DNA from: Basidiobolus meristosporus CBS 931.73
Taxonomy: Eukaryota > Fungi > Basidiobolomycota
Direction: 5' to 3'
DNA length: 64,000 nt
Assembly (NCBI GenBank): GCA_002104905.1
Contig: MCFE01000008.1
Coordinates: 62,001-126,000 of the forward strand
The first letter of the stretch is position 1. Each line of letters starts with the position of its first letter. Positions 26,850-41,100 of this stretch are shown in pieces. The position numbers and the translations under genes are program-made. A model generated the notes under the pieces. That model saw only the letters and a program-made list of their open reading frames with translations, did not search any database and was not told the DNA's origin.

Positions 26850-27600
26850 TGGCTCTTCAAAGGGAACTTGACAGCATTATGACAGTCTTATTACAGTCTA
26901 CACTTATTTGAGCAGACCTTGCTAGCTACTCTAAGAATGCTTCTACTCATTGGGACTGATACAACTGCTTTTGTCTAATCAGAATATACTTGTACAATGG
27001 TGATTGGTGCTTTTCCTGAAGTGAGATTCTCCTTAATAAGGGCTTTGATTGTCCTTATTCTCCTGACAGTTATTTTCAACCTTGAGGTTGATATGCTAAG
27101 CTAACTGATCTTCTCAGTGTCTTCAGATATCATAAAAACCATCTAGTTGATCCTTGCACCTTATCCTTCAGCTCCATAGACAGCAGACATCAAGACATGT
27201 GCATTAAATATTCTGCTATAATATATACTACAATATCTGACAGATCCTGTTGAAGTTTCAAAGCATTTTGGGGGTTTCCAGCTTGAAAGCTTTGTACAAG
27301 AGGCTTCATGGAACATATCCTCATTGCCAGAAAGTCAGAATATGGTCTACATAAGTTCTTGCTTCATTGGGATGTACTCTAATTTGCGGTAGTAATTTTC
27401 CCCATTTTTTCTTCTTTTTCTTTTACTGCATATGAACTAAGAGCAATTCCTTCTGTGGGATGATTCTGGATTTCCTTATAGGTAGGACCATGGTGTGTCT
27501 GTGCACAAAAATTCTCATGACATCATTGGTCCAGAATACTTGGCCATTTGAAAGCAACATAATCAAGGTCAGCCATTAGGAGACTGTTATAATAGTAGCA
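26850..27600 (-). mobile_element. Possible highly decayed LINE reverse-transcriptase fragment
   Basis: Minus-strand IFNAHVLMSAVYGAE resembles the LINE-RT C-terminal L.YG.E motif. Many stops; weak. Confidence 0.3.
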
Positions 27601-27625
27601 GCTTGGAATTAATGAACCTCTACAC

Positions 27626-27974
27626 TGTTGTAAGAGTCTTGTAGATATTGGAAGTGATTTGGGAGGACAAGTAGATTATGTGGTTTTCACTTAATGATAT
27701 ATTGAATATGAAAGTAGTATTTATACTTTGACATGGTCTTGGCATACCAAACACATAGAATAGGCTAAGGAATGTTCCAAAAACATTTGTGCAAAGTTTG
27801 GGGCTGTTTATACAACTTTCAGAATTTTCATATTCTGGGTACCTGGTATCCTGGTGAGAATATTCTAAGTAAATCCCAACAAGGAATTTGGTCAGTATTC
27901 TCTATAATCTGAAGGTAATAATCTAAGTGACAAAGTTAGGTGACTATTTAGGGGGAATTACAAATTTTACAACA
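27626..27974 (-). mobile_element. Copia solo LTR with near-perfect 5-bp TSD (TACAC/TACAT)
   Basis: TGTTGTA...TACAACA termini, 349 bp, reverse-complement homology to the 33847 LTR. Confidence 0.9.
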
Positions 27975-28059
27975 TACATAATCTTATGATGGGATCACAA
28001 TGGTGTTTGGCTAATTTTACTGCCAAATAAAGTTAAAAAACATTATGGTATTTTGGTAG

Positions 28060-28170
28060 TGTTTTGCAAAGGGTGACATGGCATTGTTGTGGTCTTGGTG
28101 CACTCTACAACCATTTGAGGGAATCCAGCCAGCCAGTACATCCAATTGCCTTATATAGTCAAAAAACTTA
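28060..28170 (+). mobile_element. Short Ty3/gypsy RNase H remnant
   Basis: GLGAL...VHPIALYSQK resembles HPIAYYSRKL. Confidence 0.35.
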
Positions 28171-28516
28171 ATTGTGTTTTGTTGGCCTCATTGTAAGCCT
28201 CTGATGGTATTATTGTGGCAGTATGGTGGCATACAGGTAGGTCTGTATAATGCTACTTTACCAATTTACCAATTGGTATTTCCTTTTTCTACCTCCCCTT
28301 GTGCAATCCATGCATTCCACTGTAGAATCTCCCCCCTTTATTTGCTTACGCACTACTACCTTTGGTATTCCACATATATTTCAAATAAAAAAAAACTATG
28401 GGCTCCTGCTTACTAACCTCTACAAACATGCACACCTGCAGCAATTGACATACTTATATCACCTCAACTTTATGGCTTTTGGTGTGATATTTGCAAAGTT
28501 GCCATATACCTTGTCT

Positions 28517-28864
28517 TGTTGTAAGGATTTGTAGTTCCACCTAAATATTCACCTAAATTAGTCACTTAGATCATTACCTTCAAATCCAAGAGAATGCTGA
28601 CCAAATTCCCTGTTGGGATTTACTTGGAATACTTTCACCAAAAAACCAGGTACCCAGAACATCAAATTCTCAAAGTTGTCCAAACAGCATCAAGTCATGC
28701 ACACATGTTCTTGGGACTTTCCTTAACATATTCTACGGCTTTGTTATGCCAAAATAATGTCAAAGTATGAATGCTACTTTTACATTGAATAAATAATTCA
28801 GTGAAAACTACACAATCTACTTGTCCTCCCAATCACTACCAATATATCCAAGACTCTTACAACA
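28517..28864 (+). mobile_element. Copia solo LTR without TSD
   Basis: TGTTGTAAGG...CTCTTACAACA, homologous to the 33847 LTR. Flanks TGTCT/AAACA do not match. Confidence 0.9.
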
Positions 28865-29576
28865 AAACAGAGGCAATAGCCAATCAATGCACACAAACAT
28901 AAGAGGTGGTAGAGTATCTGGGATCAGTAAGTGAAAAAATTGTCAGAGAACTAATTAAAAGCCACTTTAGTATTGAGGTGATAAATAAATTTGACCAGGT
29001 TTTTTGTGAAATCTGGGGTGCAACTATTTTTTCACAGTCTTTGCATGATGTCCTGATTGGATCAATACCACTTAGATAGAGGACTTTAAATATGTGATGG
29101 CTTTTTCATGGGATCATCACAATAATTTTGCATAGGGTTGATGTCAACCACCTGCAGCTAGTATTGTATAATGCTACTGCACCAATGTACCAAATGATAT
29201 ATTATCTTTGGCTACCCCCCCTTATACTAATCATATATTTCATTGTAGAGCTGCCCCAAGTTATTAGACTAGTTCCATTGGGTAGCACCACATAGTGCCA
29301 GTCTGTTGATAATACCGGTGTAGTGGGGTGACAGTGACACCCACTGACAGATGTGCTCATTCCCTTATTTTCAACTTCCCTATATCTCTACTACACTTAT
29401 TTTAGTTTTATCCCATTTGTCTTATCCAATCAGTACTATCCCATAAGCCGGTTGACTATCACACCTGCTTACCTTATTGCATAAGTTACCCCTCACTTTA
29501 TGTAAGATTACTAGCTACAAGTGCTTCTATATTAGGCAAGTACCCGCACCAGTACCCGTGACACATGATCAACCCG

Positions 29577-30220
29577 TGTCACCATCCCTACCATTTCCAT
29601 ACCATATATGGTATCCCCATGTTACACAGGTTTCAGAATACTGATTCCTGATTGGTTGGATGTGCTGTGCCTCTTAGAACCTTCTGGCACCTACTTAGAA
29701 CATTCTTAGGTCATTCTGATGTCATTAAGATTTTGATTGATATCTGGAACCTTCTGGAACACCATGATTAGTAATCACTTAGCCAGTGAGAAAAGTATAT
29801 AAGGGAGGCTATCCCTCTACAATAAATCATCATCCCTTTTATCAATATACCAACTTGTTGATTAGTGTGATCACTGCTACCTGCTGCTACCTGAACTTCC
29901 AACCCTAGACCACAGGACACTCCCAGGAAACCGCGCTGACAGCCAACTGACCTTGGAGGCACTACTTGTGAGGAATACTCAGAGTAGGTATCTTTTATTA
30001 TATTTGATTCTTTCCCAAGTTTGTTCTTGTACAGGCAAAGATACTTTTCTGTCTTTATAACTATTGACCACAGCTGCATTCTTATCAAGTCCCTGCTGGT
30101 GGAGTTTACAGTTGTTTTGACTTTGGAAGCTTTAGTATGTTGTCATCTCAAAGGACACTGAACCCAGCACATACTTTTGTTAAGACACCAACTAAGTTGG
30201 GGATTGTAGCTCAATAGTTT
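29577..30220 (+). mobile_element. Ty3-type LTR (TGTCA...GACA, to 30187) plus leader, related to the LTR at 51920-52723; internal region lost
   Basis: U5 part (gctgcattc, ccctgctggtg, tttacagttgtt, ttggaagctttag, cagcac) and downstream CCAACT..AGTTGGGGATTGTRGCTCAATA shared with the 52 kb element. The 5' boundary could lie as far upstream as ~29320. Confidence 0.65.
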
Positions 30221-30719
30221 TCCCTTGACAAGCTTGTGGCTTTATTCCCCTGCACATTAGATTAGAAACAGAACCCAAGTATTCCTAGCAAGCTTTTGCC
30301 CAAGGTTATTGCACCCAGTGAACACCCCACACACAAAACACTTGAGAAGTGTTGGACATATCTCTCCCTTGGACCTATACACCACCACACCGGATTGATC
30401 TGGCACTCAATGCACTTTTTGACACTATAATTTTACCATGATGCCAGTGGTAGAATACAGTTACAGGTAAATATACTCAATCTTACTTATCTTGTGTAGA
30501 ATGGTGCTTTCCTTGCTTTATTTATTCTTCAGAATGCTCCAGACACATTTCTCTCCATGGATGTCTTCTTGTATGAATATACTGTGCATTGCTAAGTATC
30601 TTAACTATTTTACCTATTCTACTATTTTCTCCTATATATAACTTTCCTCTGTTTTTACCAGCCAATATGCTGAATCTCTTCAGATATCCATATGTATGCT
30701 CTACCTTTGCTCTGAAATT

Positions 30720-33700
30720 ATGAACTATCTCATTTTAGGGCTTTTGCTTCCTGCTAAACACATCATTCCATGGCTTCCTATAAGCTGTAATACATGCTAA
30801 TCTCTAACAATCCTCTCCTATATAAGCTATGTCTGCCATACATTTCTCCCCTGTACTGAATTCAGGATTATACTCTACCCAGAGTGCTTTGTCATTCCTA
30901 CTTCCAGAAAACAGCCCACTAAACCAGATGATGTTACCCTCAATATTAGACAATGCTTGAAACCTCACACAATGTGGCTTGTCTTAGCCAGAATAAAAGT
31001 GCCACTGCTCTGTAGAAGGTCTGTTAATTCTGACAGGGAAGGTGTCCAAAATACTCCTTATATGGAACCTGTTGCTGAACACTCTGAGATATGGAAGTCT
31101 ATTGGAGCTTCTGAGCCTAGTATTCCAAGCTTGCTCTAAGTCATTCATACCCTCTGCAAGGTGGTTCTACATTGCTGTCAGCTGGGAATGAAAGCTTCTT
31201 GGACTTTTGTTGCAATGGATGGTGGGATGAATCTTTGTAGGGCAATAGTTTTATAATTGCAGAGAAGCTTAACAAGGGATCTCCTTGAGTAGATTAGGGT
31301 AGATGGTCCACAGTACCTGGTGTAGATCTCCTCTAATGTTTCAAAGAAAATCCAGTGGTAGTGATGGGATTGATGAGAAAAGATCATTCAGATGAGTAAG
31401 TCATATTAAAGCTGGTAGGTGATAGTGCAATGGTAATATGAACTGATTTGGCACAATCAGCTTTATATATCTGATTTTCCATGCATTTTGATTAAATCTC
31501 CATTAATTGCCATGTATCCCATCATTATGTTGCAAAAATCATCCTAAAACAATGACTTGATGATTTATTGTTGCTTTATTCAAAAGTCTATAATCAAATA
31601 GGAAACCTGCACTTGAGGTGATTTGATCTGTGTCAATGCAATCTAAGATGCAACATGCCTAATATAGGGAGAACTTAACAATCACATTAGCTTTATATAT
31701 ATTGCATATAAGACCAGGTTGATGCAAATATACTACTGTAGTAGTATCCAAATCTGTCACTATGGTACCTATACCAAGTCTCAACTCATCTTTAGTACAA
31801 CCCAGACAAAACCCATCTGCCAGCTCACAAGCACAGTCCAGACCAACAAATTCAATGTTGGATCAGTTTGAGCTGTTGCCAAATGATTTTAGTATGGCCA
31901 AAGTGTCTAGGATGAGCCTTCATAGAGATATTTTGGCACTACTCATTAATGTAACAGAACTGATTACCTCAAAGAGTTAACAGAGATAGAAGAATTTGGG
32001 TAGAAAGCTGTGGTACAAGCTCAACATCAAGATGCCAGCAGATGTATATAAGAAGATATATAACAAGACAAGTATTAAGATCATGAATGAGCTGAGAGTG
32101 TGGGTATTTGATGAGGAAGCTGCACATGAACAGTTCCATGCGCAATTTGCACAGTATGGACTGGATGTGTCTGTTTGTTTGTTAACTTTTGGAACCAACA
32201 AGATTTTGAATAGGTTTTTGCCTCAAACATCAATGTACTAAGTAATATATTGGTAGAGCTAAGTGGCTTCTAAGAGCAATATAAGCAGGGCTCATCCAGG
32301 CAACAGCTCTAAGGTATCAGGCAGAGGGTAAGTGAATACCTTGAGGAATCAGGAGGTGAGCTTCAAGAGGAAGAATACAGACTGCAAGCAACAGCATAAA
32401 GATCACACTGGCACACCTCACTGGATTCCTTACCATTCCTTGCAACTTCAGTGTGCCTGCACATGTCAGTCCAGTCTGCGCAAACACCTTTCACAAGAGT
32501 GCCCTGCATTGTGTCAATGCACATTAGGTTGATGCATGCACTTCAGAGCAAAACTACCAGAACTTGCCAAACTGTTCATTTAGATACAAGTCCATTGGAG
32601 CAGGCCAAGTTACATTAATAAGTGGCATCACATCAGACTCAGCCAAGGGCCATTCCTACGCATCAAGTTGCGCCTGGGCATGGTATTACACCTGACCATC
32701 AGCAAGTTACTTCTGGTAAACTGACTGATGATGACCAACATGAAGTGTCTCCACCACCTGAGCATTGGGCAAGTAAAAAAATGTGTCAGCATGTGACACT
32801 TCAGGCCAGTACAGAAACATCATCTGGAGCAAATCTGCATGGCCAAGCTGCCATATTGCACTCTTCAACTAGGAGGCAAAATACTGACTACAAATACACA
32901 AGTAGCCAAGATGATAGTCAACAAGGAAGAAGTTAAGGTGTGCAAAGTGAATCACTACCAAATGCTTTAGTAGTAGTCCCCGTGTAAAAAAAGCCTAGGA
33001 GAAGATGATGCAATTACAATGGAATGCTATTATTTGTCATGATCCAAACAACACATGTTTTTTTGCAATCTCAATTATGCCATTGCAAATGAGTGATCAC
33101 AAAATTTTTGATATATGTTATATCTCAGTTGTGTCACACTTGAGACAGAACCTCTATAAATAAACACCCTGCATACATATAGATCATCTGTAACACCTGT
33201 GCAGCTATTGGATCTGTTTTGCACCTACCCAAACAGTTGCATGCTAGCTATGACACCTTGTCAAATCACTAGGATCAGGAATTTACTTGCTCAATGGGCA
33301 AAATGAAATATGTGATTGCATATAAGGTAGCTTGTGTATTGTTCAATGTGCCAGTTGGGGGCAATCAGCTTCCAAATACTTTTAGACCAATCAACCACTC
33401 ACATACCATCCAATTGGAATGATGGTAACCAAAATAATATGTATAAGTGTAGTTTATAGTGTAATATATGGTTATTTCCAAATACATTAAAGAAATATAT
33501 CCAAATACCAGATTTTCCTTACCATAGTAGTGGTATCCAATTGTGCACATGATGGAAACATTACTAGTTGGCACAATCATCCATGCCAAAATCATCATGT
33601 CCAGTTGTGCCATGGGGGGTAAGATTGTCCCACATAGGGCAAAATTATCAAGAGCAATCCTGCCTGCTGGTAGCCACAATATCATGTCCAATTGCTTATA

Positions 33701-33846
33701 TTGACTACAGATTGTGCTGCACACCCTGGCACAGTACAATGAAAAAAGCAATTTGCTTGTCCACTACTACCCTATATATTCCATACCTAGTTGGGATCAA
33801 AAAAACTATGGCTTCTTGCTTCCTAACCTCACAATAGGTACACACC
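30720..33846 (+). repeat. Unclassified dispersed repeat, copy A (decayed coding sequence, possibly LINE-derived); continues at 38537-~38800 beyond the copia insertion
   Basis: Homologous to 45145-46853 (inverted), 44976-45140, 48170-49825 and 28240-28515. Reading frame EEAA.EQFHAQFAQ...GT.KILN.FLPQ is shared with copy C. Confidence 0.75.
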
Positions 33847-34195
33847 TGTTGTGAAAATTTGTATTTCCATCTAAATATTCACCTAACTTAGTCACTTAGA
33901 TCATTACCTTCAAATCCTAGAGAATACTGACCAAATTCCTTGTTGGGATTTACTTAGAATATTTTCACCAAAATACCAGGTACCCAGAGCATGAGAATTC
34001 TCAAAGTTGTCCAAACAGCCCCAAACTTTGCACACATGTTCTTGGGACCTTCCTTAACCAATTCTATGTGTTTGTAATGCCAAGACCAGGTAAAAGCATA
34101 AATACTACTTTTGCATTCAATAAATCATTAAGTGAAAACCACATAATCTACTTGTTCTCCCAATCACTTCCAATATCTCCAAGACTCTTACAACA

Positions 34196-34207
34196 GATTA
34201 TGAGCCC
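34196..34207 (+). promoter_or_regulatory. Copia primer-binding site, half-tRNA-iMet (anticodon-arm) type
   Basis: GATTATGAGCCC directly after the LTR is one change from GGTTATGAGCCC, the complement of the tRNA-iMet anticodon arm used by Ty5/copia-type elements. Confidence 0.75.
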
Positions 34208-37200
34208 CAAGCTGTCACTCTCTGCAATGTCTACCACTGCTATTACTGGAACTTTTCCCTCTGCTGAAAAGTTGGATGGCTCTAACTACCAAGTGTGGAA
34301 GGTGAAGATGAAGATGCTGCTACAAGAAAGAGGCCTTTGGGATATTGTCATGGGAGAAGAATGCCCTCCTAAAAACGTGGGAGAGGAAGCCTTAAAGTAC
34401 CGGCAGAAAGAACAAAGCGCCTTTAACTGTATTTGCCTTAAAGTCAAGGACAAATTGCTAATTCAATGCTCAAGAGCAAAAACGGGAAAGAATGCCTGGA
34501 AAGCATTAGAAGACACCTACCAGTCATGTTCAGCTGCCAAGAAAATGTATCTGAGACAAAAATTCTTCACTATAAAGATGCTGCCAGCTGAAGAAATGAA
34601 AAATCTAATTAACAGAATTACCCTGCTGGTTGATGAGTTGGAATCTGTGGGTGTACCAACTACTGATGAGGATGTGATAGTTACCATCCTGAATAGCCTG
34701 ACAGACGAGTTTCAGGGCCTTGTATCAGCCCTAGAGTCCAGAACTGAAGATTTGACCTTAAATTATGTATATGGAAGGCTCCTGGATGAAGAATTAAGAA
34801 AATCAAGCACCAATAAGAAGGAAGAAGAAAATGCTTTAATAAGCAATGATAACCAACAAAGGAGGTACCCAAGACCCTACAAAGGCAACAGCAACCTATT
34901 TTACAACTACTGCAAAAGGAAAGGACACACATCAGACCGGTGTCTCAAAAAGAGAGATTATCAGCAAAAGAAGCCTGAATATGGAAATGCTGCAACAACT
35001 GAAGATAGACTACTTGTATCTGCACTAAATATGACCACAAATAAGGATTCTCAGACGTGGTATATTGACTCTGGAGCTTCTCAACACTTGACACACCAAA
35101 AAGAACTTTTTACCCAATATCAAGAAATTCCAATTAAGAAGGTTTTCATGGGTGACAATAGAACACTTGATGCAGTGGGAGAAGGAACTATCCAAGTAAA
35201 CCTTAGAAGCAGTGAAGGAAGCCATACACTGACCTTTAAAGAAGTACTCTATGTACCAGAAATAGCCAAGAACCTACTCTCTGTAAGCAAGGCTACAGCA
35301 GAAGGACTCAGTTTCAGTTTTGACAATTCTGGATGCAGGATCACTGATCAAAATGGTGCCCATATTGCTTTGGGCATCAGAGATCAGAATCTATACAAGA
35401 TGATAATATTCCATCATATTTGGAAGCCAATATAAGTAACTTAAATGAAGAAACACCAATGCTTTGGCACAGGAGATTTGGACACATCAATTTTGATTAT
35501 TTGCACAAAATGATCAAAGATCAGCTAATTTCTGGAGTGAAAATTGATCCCCCAGCTAATTTGGAGCACTGTGAGGCCTGCATATATGGGAAACAAGTCA
35601 GACAACTGTTCAAGAGCTCTGGGTTGATAAAAACTAAGAAAAAATTAGATCTAATTCACTCAGATCTGTGTGGACCTATGCAAAATTTATCCTTAGGCAG
35701 GATGAAGTATTTAATCACTTTTATTGATGATTATACAAGATACACATGGGTCTACTTCATGGAGAGAAAGGAAGAAGCTCTGTCTAAGTTCAGGGAGTTT
35801 AAGGCCATGGTGGAGAGAGAAACTGGTGAAAAAATCAAGAAAATTTGCTCTGACAATGGTGGAGAATATACCTCAAAACTCTTCATCCACTTCAGCAAGA
35901 TTCATGGGATAAAGCAAGAGACTACTGTACCATACTCCCCACAGCAAAATGGAGTTGCAGAATGTGCTAACAGATCAATAATTGATATGGCAAGATCTAT
36001 GATCCATGATCAAAAATTATCCTGTGATTTTTGGGTGGAATCAGTTGCCACTGCTGTATATCTTAAAAATAGGAGTTATAACAGAATACTTTGTGATTCT
36101 ACTCCATTTGAAGCATGGTATGGATACAGACCAAGTGCAGGACATCTAAGAATATTTGGGTGTACAGCATATGCCAAAAAACTGGCCGGAAATCAGTCAA
36201 AATTTGAGCCAAAAAGTGTATAATGCATATTTTTGGGCTACTGCAATGAGAGTAAGGCATACAGACTCTACAATACCAAAGCAAAGAAGCTGAGCAAGTC
36301 CAGGGATGTGTTGTTTGATGAAAATTCAATATTTTCACAAAAAATTACATCAGATGATGACGAAAATTTGATCTCAAGTCCACCAATTGTCAGGATTGAA
36401 TCAGAGCAAAACAATGAGAATCTTTTCACTCCAGAGTACTCTACAACCATAGTTCAGCCAGAATTAGTGCCCAGGAATATCCCAGAAGTGCTCATTCCAG
36501 CATCAAATGCCCGGAGATCCAATCAGAAAAGAAATAGCCCAAATTACTATATCAATGAGGGTACAAACTTAGCCTATGCCTATTCAGTCCATGTTGATGA
36601 ACCCCAGACTGTAAAAGAGGCCCTAAATAGCCCTCAGATAAAGTTTTGGAGATCTGCAATGACTGAGGAATATCAGGCCCTGATGAAAAATCAAACTTGG
36701 GACTTAGTCAAATTACCAATCAACCAAAAATCAATTGGATGCAGATGGGTCTTCAAGACAAAATACAAAGCTGATGGTACAATTGAAAGATGCAAAGCAA
36801 GACTTGTAGCCAAAGGATACTCTCAAACCAAAGGACTTGACTATACTGAGACCTTTGCACTGGTAGCCAGGTTTAATTCCATCAGATTAATATTGGCTAT
36901 TGCAGCCAAATATAAGTATTTTATTCATCAAATGGATGTAAAAACTGCATTTTTGAATGGAGAACTTGATGAGGACGTGTATATGGACCAGCCTGATGGG
37001 CTTGTTGACCAAGATAACCCCCATTTGGTCTGCAAGCTTAAAAAGTCACTATATGGTCTCAAACAATCACCAAGAGCCTGAAATTGCAAGATAGATTCTT
37101 ATTTGGAATCCTTGAGTTTCAAAAGAAGTAATGCTGACTATAGTATATACTATAAGCCAGATAGAGCAAATCCAGTTCTATTAGCTCTATATGTGGATGA

Positions 37201-38170
37201 TCTTATTATAGCCACAAATAACCTAGAAACATTGGAAGAGAGTAAATCCAGCCTATCTATGGAGTTCAAGATGTCTGATTTAGGAGAACCTAGTTACTAC
37301 TTAGGGATTAGGTTCTCCATAGACAGAAGTACCCAGACTATCACCCTAAGCCAATCCAAGTATATTCAAGATATACTAAAGAAGTACAAAATGGAAGACT
37401 GTAAACCGGCAGCTACCCCAATGCAGACAAACCTTAACTTGGTCAAAACTCAACCAAATCAAGAGAGCTTGGTGCCATCTGAACGCCCTGACTTTCCTTA
37501 TCAGTCTATGGTCAGCAGTCTGATGTATATCATGCTTGGAACATGTCCAGATATCTCATATTCAGTGGGAGTTGTCAGCCAACATAATCAGAACTGTGGA
37601 TCTGATTATATTGCAGCAGTTAAGCGGATTTTTAGATACCTAAAAGGAACTGCTGATATTTGCTTAAGATACACTTATAAGGACTCAGAACAAGATCTTG
37701 TGGGATACTCTGATGCTGATTGGGAACAAAATTTAGAAGACAGAAGATCCACCACAGGATACACCTTTCTTTACTGTAAAGGAGCAATTTCATGGAATTC
37801 AAGAAAGCAACCAACTGTAGCACTTTCCACCACAGAGGCAGAGTAAATGGCAGCCTGTGAAGCTACAAAAGAAGCAATGGGGCTAAGAAAGCTGTTTCCA
37901 GATTTAGGCCTATGTCAAAAAATGCCTATTACTTTATTTCAAAATAATCAAGGATGTATACAATTAGGTAGAAATCCAACTTTTCATGCTAGAACCAAGC
38001 ACATAGATATTAGACATCATTTCATACGTGAAGCTATAGAGAATAACTTAGTTAGCTTAGTCTACTGTCCTACAGATGAAGTGATTGCAGACATATTTAC
38101 CAAACCATTAGCTAGAGACAAGTTTGAATATCTTAGGTCAAAATTAGGACTAGTCAGTATGAACATTTAG
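34200..38170 (+). pseudogene. Copia gag-pol polyprotein with one frameshift (~35410) and stops at 36221, 37079 and 37844
   Basis: ORF-track segments join in frame across the stops; domain motifs as listed for the element. Confidence 0.9.
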
Positions 38171-41100
38171 CTGAGTGGGGAGTGTTGTAAAAATTCATAT
38201 TTCCATCTAAATATTCACCTAACTTAGTCACTTAGATCATTACCTTCAAATCCTAGAGAATACTGACCAAATTCCTTGTTGGGATTTACTTAGAATATTT
38301 TCACCAAAATACCAGGTACCCAGAACATGAAATTTCTCAAAGATGTCCAAACAGCCCCAAACTTTGCACACATGTTCTTGGGACCTTCCTTAACCAGTTC
38401 TATGTGTTTGTAATGCCAAGACCAGGTAAAAGTATAAATACTACTTTTACATTCAATAAATCATTAAGTGAAAGCCACATAATCTACTTGTTCTCCCAAT
38501 CACTTCCAATATCTCCAAGACTCTTACAACAACACCCACTGCAACTGACACACTTCTATACCTAAGCTTTATTGCTTTGAGTGTGATACTTGCAAAGTTG
38601 CCATGTACTTTCTATTGCAGATAGTATATACATCTAGCAAACATGTTTTTTGTTACCACAACTTTGGCCATGAATACCTCTTGAATATATGAAACTCCCA
38701 AGAGGTGTAGCAAGGCCCACTATTCACCTCACACTAAGCAAGGTGGGGTAGAGAATGGATACAGTAGCAGCAGAGATCTATGCTTTCTGCTCTATGCTTG
38801 TAGTTTAGTTTGTTACAAGTCTTGGTATAAGAATTGTAGAGGAATAGGGAGTTTAGCTAGTATTGAATTCACTATAACTTGATCTGATCTTTATTGAGAT
38901 TCTAGTAGCTCCTTATATACATTTTGCCAGATCAATTGCTGACTAATTGTATTTCCTAATGTAGGCTGTGGCTGATGACTCATTTAATTGCATCAATATC
39001 ACCCAATAAGATCCTACTTAATATATCTATTTCTGTCTGATAAGGATCTGCTGATGCATTTGCCAACTAATGTTACTGATTAGATAGATAATACTGATAT
39101 ACTGATAACCTAAACAAATAACTAATTGACTTGACTAAAAAAAACTGATCTAACTTAAACATTCAAGCGGAAGATCATAACATTTTCCCCTGCTAAAGTT
39201 GAGAGGGTTCTCCTGAATCTCTTTTCTTGTGATACCAATACCTTGATGGTTCAGTATTATGAGCAAGTCTTGCAAGCTTGAGTCTGTCCCTATGCACTAA
39301 GTCTTCCCGGATATTGCCTTGTTTGTCCACCAGTTGGTAAGTTACAAATGGACATTCTCTGATGATCTTGAATGGTCCTGTCCATTGTGGCTCAAACTTC
39401 TTCCAAGTGTTGTTTCTTAGCAACACAAAGCTCCCAACTGTCAATGCTTCTGGTGCTATAGTCTTATCAAATCTCTGCTTCATCTTTTCTGCACTTTGAG
39501 ATACTTTGGTCTGTGCCTCTTGACGTCTTTGTTCCAGTTGCTGGAGTCTACTTGGGTGACTGAGTTCATCTTCTAAGGTGTCTGTAAGCTTTGGTTGTGT
39601 GAGATCTCCTGGAATCCTTGGTTTACATCCATACACTAAGTAAAATGGTGATTGCTGGGTGGTGTTGTGTACTCTGACTCTGCATTCAAAGAGTGCTTGG
39701 TCTATATACTCATCCCATCTACTGACAATTCCATTTGGATACTTAGTCAGCATTTTTCCAAATAATCCATTTAACCACTCAGTGACTCCATTAGTTCTGG
39801 TGTGATATGCCAAGGCTTTCAGGTGTCTGATCTGCTGCATTTCCAGGTAAGCCTCCAATGTCTTTGCCATAAAGTTTGCACCTCTATTGGATAGAATCTC
39901 TACAGGGCATCCAAACTTCATAAGGATCTCATGGTAGATGAAACTTGCAACTTCTTGTTCACTGGCTATAGGTACAGCTTTAGCCACTGGCCATTTTGTA
40001 GCATGGTCAATTGCTACTAGGATCCAATGGTTGCATTTCCAGGTAGTTAGCAGTCTTCCAATAAGGTCAATTCCCCATCTTTCAAATGGTCTTACAGGCT
40101 CCAAGGGAAAGAGTTTGACAATTCTCTGTGGTTGGCCTTTGTTGATTTGGCAGTTTAGGCATGTTTTCACTAGCTTCTCAGTGTCTTGTTTCATTCTGGG
40201 CCACCATGCTCTGGCTTTCACAAGACTATAGGTTCCTTCAATCCCAAGATGTCCATATCCATAGTGTAGCTTATGTATTAAATCCAGGCAAGCAACTTAA
40301 GGACAATAGGCAATAGGGCTTCCATCAACAATTTAGTAGAGTGTTTCATCCTGTACAACAAATTTGCTGGCTTCATCACGGATTATCTTCTTGATATCTT
40401 CATCCACCTCATTAGGAATGGCTTGGTCCTCCAAGTACTTTGGTAATAGGCTAGGCCAATCTGATTCATGCACCAAGTTGAGTTGTGCAACTTGATCTAA
40501 TCTTGATAAGGCAACAGCAACCATGTTGTTTTTTCCAGGGCAGTAGACAATCTCCATGTCAAATTGCTGAATGTATTCACTCCATCTTGTCACTCTTCTA
40601 GAGAGTACCTTCTGAGTAAATACATACTTGAGGGAGGCATGATCAGTCTTCACAGTGCATTTGACTCCTTCAATACAGCATCTCCATATCTTCAAACAGT
40701 GTATTATAGCAAGCATCTCCTTCTCATGGACTGGATAGTTTGTTCTGCTGAGTTTAGTTTCTTGGATTCAAAGGCAACCAAGTAGTCCTTTCCCTTGTGT
40801 TCTTGACTCAGCACTCCACCAATTGCATAATCTGAAGCATCTTTGCACAGAGTAAACTCTTTTCTGAAGTCAGGTATTCTTAAGCTTGGTAGCTTAGCAA
40901 GTTCATTCTTGAGCGTCTGAAAGGCAGTCTCACAAGCTATGTCCCACTTATAGGTGTTGTCTTTCTTGAGGATATCAGTTAAAGGGGCTGCAATACTTGC
41001 AAAGGACCTGACAAATCTCTGATAATAGGAAACCATTCCAAGGAATGATCTGAGTTCTGATATGCTATGGGGCTGCTTCAGGTTCTTGATAACTTTAACC

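Larger units (their letters stand above)
33847..38531 (+). mobile_element. Full-length Ty1/copia LTR retrotransposon, pseudogenised
   Basis: 349-bp LTRs at 33847-34195 and 38183-38531, TSD ACACC (33842-33846 / 38532-38536), PBS GATTATGAGCCC, PPT GAGTGGGGAG. Domain order is gag, protease (WYIDSGAS), integrase (HSDLCGP...DNGGEY...QQNGVAE), RT ([16 protein letters not shown]), RNase H (YSDADW, KHIDIRHH). Confidence 0.97.
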
